Assembly: GCA_043228905.1 (NCBI GenBank)
Contig: JBHGNT010000021.1
Span: forward strand, 13,206,001 to 13,270,000
Length of the DNA: 64,000 nucleotides
From: Azolla caroliniana
Lineage: Eukaryota > Plantae > Polypodiophyta
Reading direction: 5' to 3'
Both the position numbers and the translations under genes were made by a program. Shown here in pieces: positions 60,701 to 64,000 of this stretch. The number at the start of each line of letters is the position of its first letter. Within the stretch, counting starts at the first letter, position 1. The notes beneath the pieces were generated by a model. That model ran no database searches, was not told the DNA's origin, and saw only the letters and a list, made by a program, of their open reading frames with translations.

Positions 60701-63700
60701 TCGTGGTGCAAGAGGGCGTCGTAACGGCGGCTAGTGGTTACCTTCAACGAAGTTCGCTGTGCACTCACAGCTGTAACCAGGCGTGCCAAATTGTGTTACC
60801 CGTTCCTTTGGGTGAACACCTTCGATAGATCTGCGGCTATCGGTATTCAAGGGTGTGGTACGTGAAGGCTCATAACAGAGGCGTCGCGAGAGAGACAATG
60901 TTCAGAGATAAAACACTAGCGAGATCTTGATAGGCGTGGGCGGCGCTGAAATCATAGGTATGAATCAAAGCACAGACACATGGAGCAAACTGGGCACAAA
61001 TCAGATATATTACGGCGACAGAAAAAGGATTACAGAACACGGCCTACGGTCGGTGACCTTACAAGATTATCTAGTTACGAGGGACTAAGCTAGTGCTTCC
61101 GGCTATATTTTTCTTCTCCCCCGCTCTGAAGTACTGGTCCTCGTTTAAATAACGTTTCCCCTAATACACAGTCGAGCCGTCGGTGGCCCGTGATACTCGG
61201 ACTCGGCGTTTGCTAATTTCCTAATTTTACATTTCTGTCCTCTAGACAACACTTCTCTTCTAGCATTTCCCTTGCCGCATCGACAATCGACCGGTTCTTC
61301 CTCTCGGCCACACCGTTTTGCTCCAGTGTGTATCTGTAGTTGAACTCTCTCCGAATTCCTTTTGCTGCAGATAACTGTTGAATTGGCTAGAAAAATATTC
61401 TTTTCCGCCATCCGATCGTAGGCACTTGATCTTCCTCTCCGTTTCCCGTTCAACCAGACTTTGCAGGTTCTGAAAACACTCGAAGACTTCTCTCTTCCAC
61501 TCAATGAGGTAGATCCATGTGTGCTGCGTATAGTCGTCGATGAAGGAGATGAAATATCGACTCCCGCCAAGACTAACGTTCTGTGTCGGCCCCCATACAT
61601 CGGAATGTATCAAGTCGAGCTTGTTCCGGCTCCGATTATGCTCGTTGGGGAAAGAAAGTCGGTGTTGCTTCCCTAGCTGGCAGGTTTCACAAATTTGTGC
61701 CTTCCAACCACTAAATTTGGGGAAAGAAAGTCGGTAATTGACGTGGCCGATCCGCTTGTACCAGAGATCAATGTCTGATTCAATCTTCTATCCTTTGGCA
61801 AACAAAGCGGTGTCGACGTCATTGGTGTCGAGGATGAACATCCTCCCGTCTGTACGCCCATGCGCAATAATTTGGCCATTTTCCTCGATGAAGCACCCAA
61901 GGTGCGTAAACCGCACCTGCATCCCCTAGTCAACGATCTGATCGACTGACACTAGGTTCTTTGTGATAGTCAAAACGTGTAATACGTTCATCAGCTTCCC
62001 CCTTTGTCTGATGTGGCTCAAAGGAACTTCTCCAACATGCACGATTGGGTGAGGAGTGTCGTCTCTTGTTTGGACGACTCCCGGTTGTTCCAGTTTCTCC
62101 AAGAAGGAGAACCACTCTTTGTGGCTCGTCATGTGATTCGATGCACCGGAATCAACGTACAACACTTCCTCCGATTTGGAAGTGGTCTTCTTCATCGAGT
62201 TAGCCTCATGTTTCATCACCAAGGTTGGCCCTTTATCGGCTTTTCCGGTTTTGGATCCTCCCGATCCTTCTGCGTAGTGTGAGTATTGTCGGTTCTCCCT
62301 ATCGGCCTTGCCGGATCCGGATCTGTCCGATTCAGCGCGCTTCTTCCAGCACTCGCTTTCTTTGTGGCCCTTTTTACCACAGTACCAGCACTCCGTGTCG
62401 GCCTTTGCTTTCCGGCCTCCAGCGCCGCCTTGACTCCCCCTGTTTGTGGAGGGTTCGGAACTGCTGTCGGCACATTCTCTGTGCCTTTGGGCCTACTCTT
62501 GCGGGCTGCTACCATTGCGAGCCGACCCGCCTCATCCACCACACCCACAGGGCCGATCCGTCTCCATGTACAACATCCTTGATTCGGGCTGTGTAATCGG
62601 CCATAGAGAGATTTTTCTGTCGGATATTGCTAAGCTCTTGCCTGAGCTGCAACTTCCTGGCCATTATGCTTGCGGCGAAAACCTTCTTTAGGTTTCCCCA
62701 AGCTTCTTTTGGCGACTTGGCATCTCGTATATGGCTTAGCAGTTGGTCTCCGACATTGAACGCGAAGCAGTACATCACTTTGCTTGCCGCTTGTTCCCAC
62801 ACTGGGAAGTCCTTGTGTGCCGCATCAGGTGTTGTGTCGTTAGCTCCGTCCACATAGCTCTAGTACCCATGCCCAAGTAGTTACTGGTGCATCTTATATG
62901 ACCAAGATGCGTAGTTGAATCTGTCAAGCTTCTCCATCAAGAGCGAGCTAGCCATTCCTCGGTCCATTACTTCTCTTTCTATTCTTACCGGGTCTTCAGA
63001 TGCGAATGTCGGCTGTAGAGGTTTTTAACCCTCGCGCTCTGATACCATGTGAAAGAATAGTGTGCGGAAGTAGTGGAAAACCGAAAAAAGAAGAATAGAA
63101 ACACAGGTTTAATGGAGAGCTTAGAATATACACATTACATGGGGGAGAGAGAGAGAGAGCAGATAGAAACTCAATTCAAAATATTACTCAGTCTGTACAT
63201 TGTATATGTTCAGTGAACACTTTTATACAAGTCCATACGGACTGACAGAAGTACGGTGTACTTCAATGCTCACATGAGTGTCTGACACTAACTACGAGAT
63301 ATTAAATCCCTAGTACACTAGCTACTACTTGGCTTCCAATTACTGCTTGATCCAGCTAACCGGCTCCCAAGCTCACCGGCTCACCGATCCAGCTCATCCT
63401 TCCAGATGTCGATCCGGCTCAGGCTTATTCAGCCGATCCGGATCTGGTTGAGCTTGCCGCTCAACAATACTCCGTTTAGGTTCTTCTTCTTGTGAGTGTT
63501 CGTGCGAGTTAGGGTTTATGCATTTGGGGTCTTACGGTGTTGCTCTCTTTCTTCATGTGAGAATTTGGGTTGTTTGGGGTTTCAACAACGACGACTTTTG
63601 GCATTCCGGTAGCGGCACTTGGAGGTTCGGTTTCCTCTCCTCGATGGAGAGTGTTTCCCATGGAGGCCGGTTCAAGAAAGGAGGGCGAAGTGGCATGGGA

Positions 63701-64000
63701 ACACTCCACTGTCTTCGGGGTGTGACCAACGGTGGACGTCACAGTTCCGGCGGCCCACTTGACTCGTCTTCGCCGGTCCCCATTCTTATGTTGATGTATT
63801 TGCCGGTTATTTTGTAATAGCCACCAGGTTCGGGGCATGTAAACGTCTTGTTGTAAAGCTCTTGTAATATATGTTCATGTTGGTGTATATGTAGCTTTCA
63901 TTGTAACATACTTGAGTCGGGTCCATATTCGCGGTGAACCGTTTTTGTGGAACCCTACATTCGTTGGAGCTGGAAGTCGATTCTGGACCGAAGCCCACAA

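Larger units (their letters stand above)
45273..61251 (-). mobile_element. Full-length Phygy/Tat-like Gypsy Z with 3' accessory ORF; LTRs 45273-45730 and 60794-61251
   Basis: 458-bp LTRs; TSD CTTCT; PBS TGGCACGCCTGGT (60776-60788, minus); inserted in the Copia B integrase. Confidence 0.95.
33602..63466 (-). mobile_element. Ty1/Copia element B, host of two Gypsy insertions; LTRs 33602-34021 and 63048-63466; own internal DNA 34022-35119, 43473-45272 and 61257-63047
   Basis: Matching LTRs; TSD GTACT/ATACT; PBS-Met 63035-63047; PPT 34022-34032; pol sequence rejoins across both insertions. Confidence 0.93.
33183..64000 (+). repeat. LTR N3 of the TGTCG family (33183-33601, resuming at 63472 to the window end), split by Copia B
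   Basis: Starts TGTCGTGAAGA; 33285-33450 closely matches the N2 LTR at 14700-14860, including CTATAAAAGG. No PPT precedes it, so it is a 5' or solo LTR. Confidence 0.75.

Noticed and set aside
45273-61251. Element Z is really plus-oriented with antisense genes
   Set aside because: gag-pol, the accessory ORF, the TATA-like boxes and a PBS after the right LTR all agree with minus orientation; element W likewise has its accessory ORF and TATA box on the same strand as the tRNA-like motif.

Overview
The window is eukaryotic, almost certainly plant, and most likely a moss or other non-seed plant (inferred from the retroelement types). It is heterochromatin-like DNA made entirely of nested transposable elements; I found no host gene. 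I resolved about 16 insertions from LTR ends, PBS/PPT and target-site duplications (TSD). (1) Four non-chromoviral Ty3/Gypsy elements, Phygy/Tat-like: W 1-1094, X 11944-14224, Y 14225-33182 and Z 45273-61251. (2) A fungal-type (Ylt1-like) Gypsy at 35120-43468, plus three relatives sharing its TGTCG LTR start: N1, gag-only N2, and an LTR, N3. (3) One young chromovirus at 16980-23925. (4) Five related Ty1/Copia copies (A-E) and a Tork-like Copia. (5) An RTE-X-like LINE carrying a MITE. Nesting reaches six layers (X>Y>N3>Copia B>Z>Copia C). The most striking observation is that all three Phygy-like 3' ends lack a polypurine tract. In its place, exactly 2 nt before the 3' LTR, they carry a sense-strand copy of a tRNA-Arg 3' end (T-arm with a palindrome inserted in the loop, acceptor strand and CCA), which is complementary to the 5' PBS in the one copy (Z) where that PBS is visible. 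Second, the tRNA-Trp-primed Ylt1-like family makes 4-bp NYGT target sites and keeps an invariant 22-nt hairpin 17 nt upstream of the 3' LTR in both autonomous and non-autonomous members. Lineage names come from motif recognition only; no search was run.
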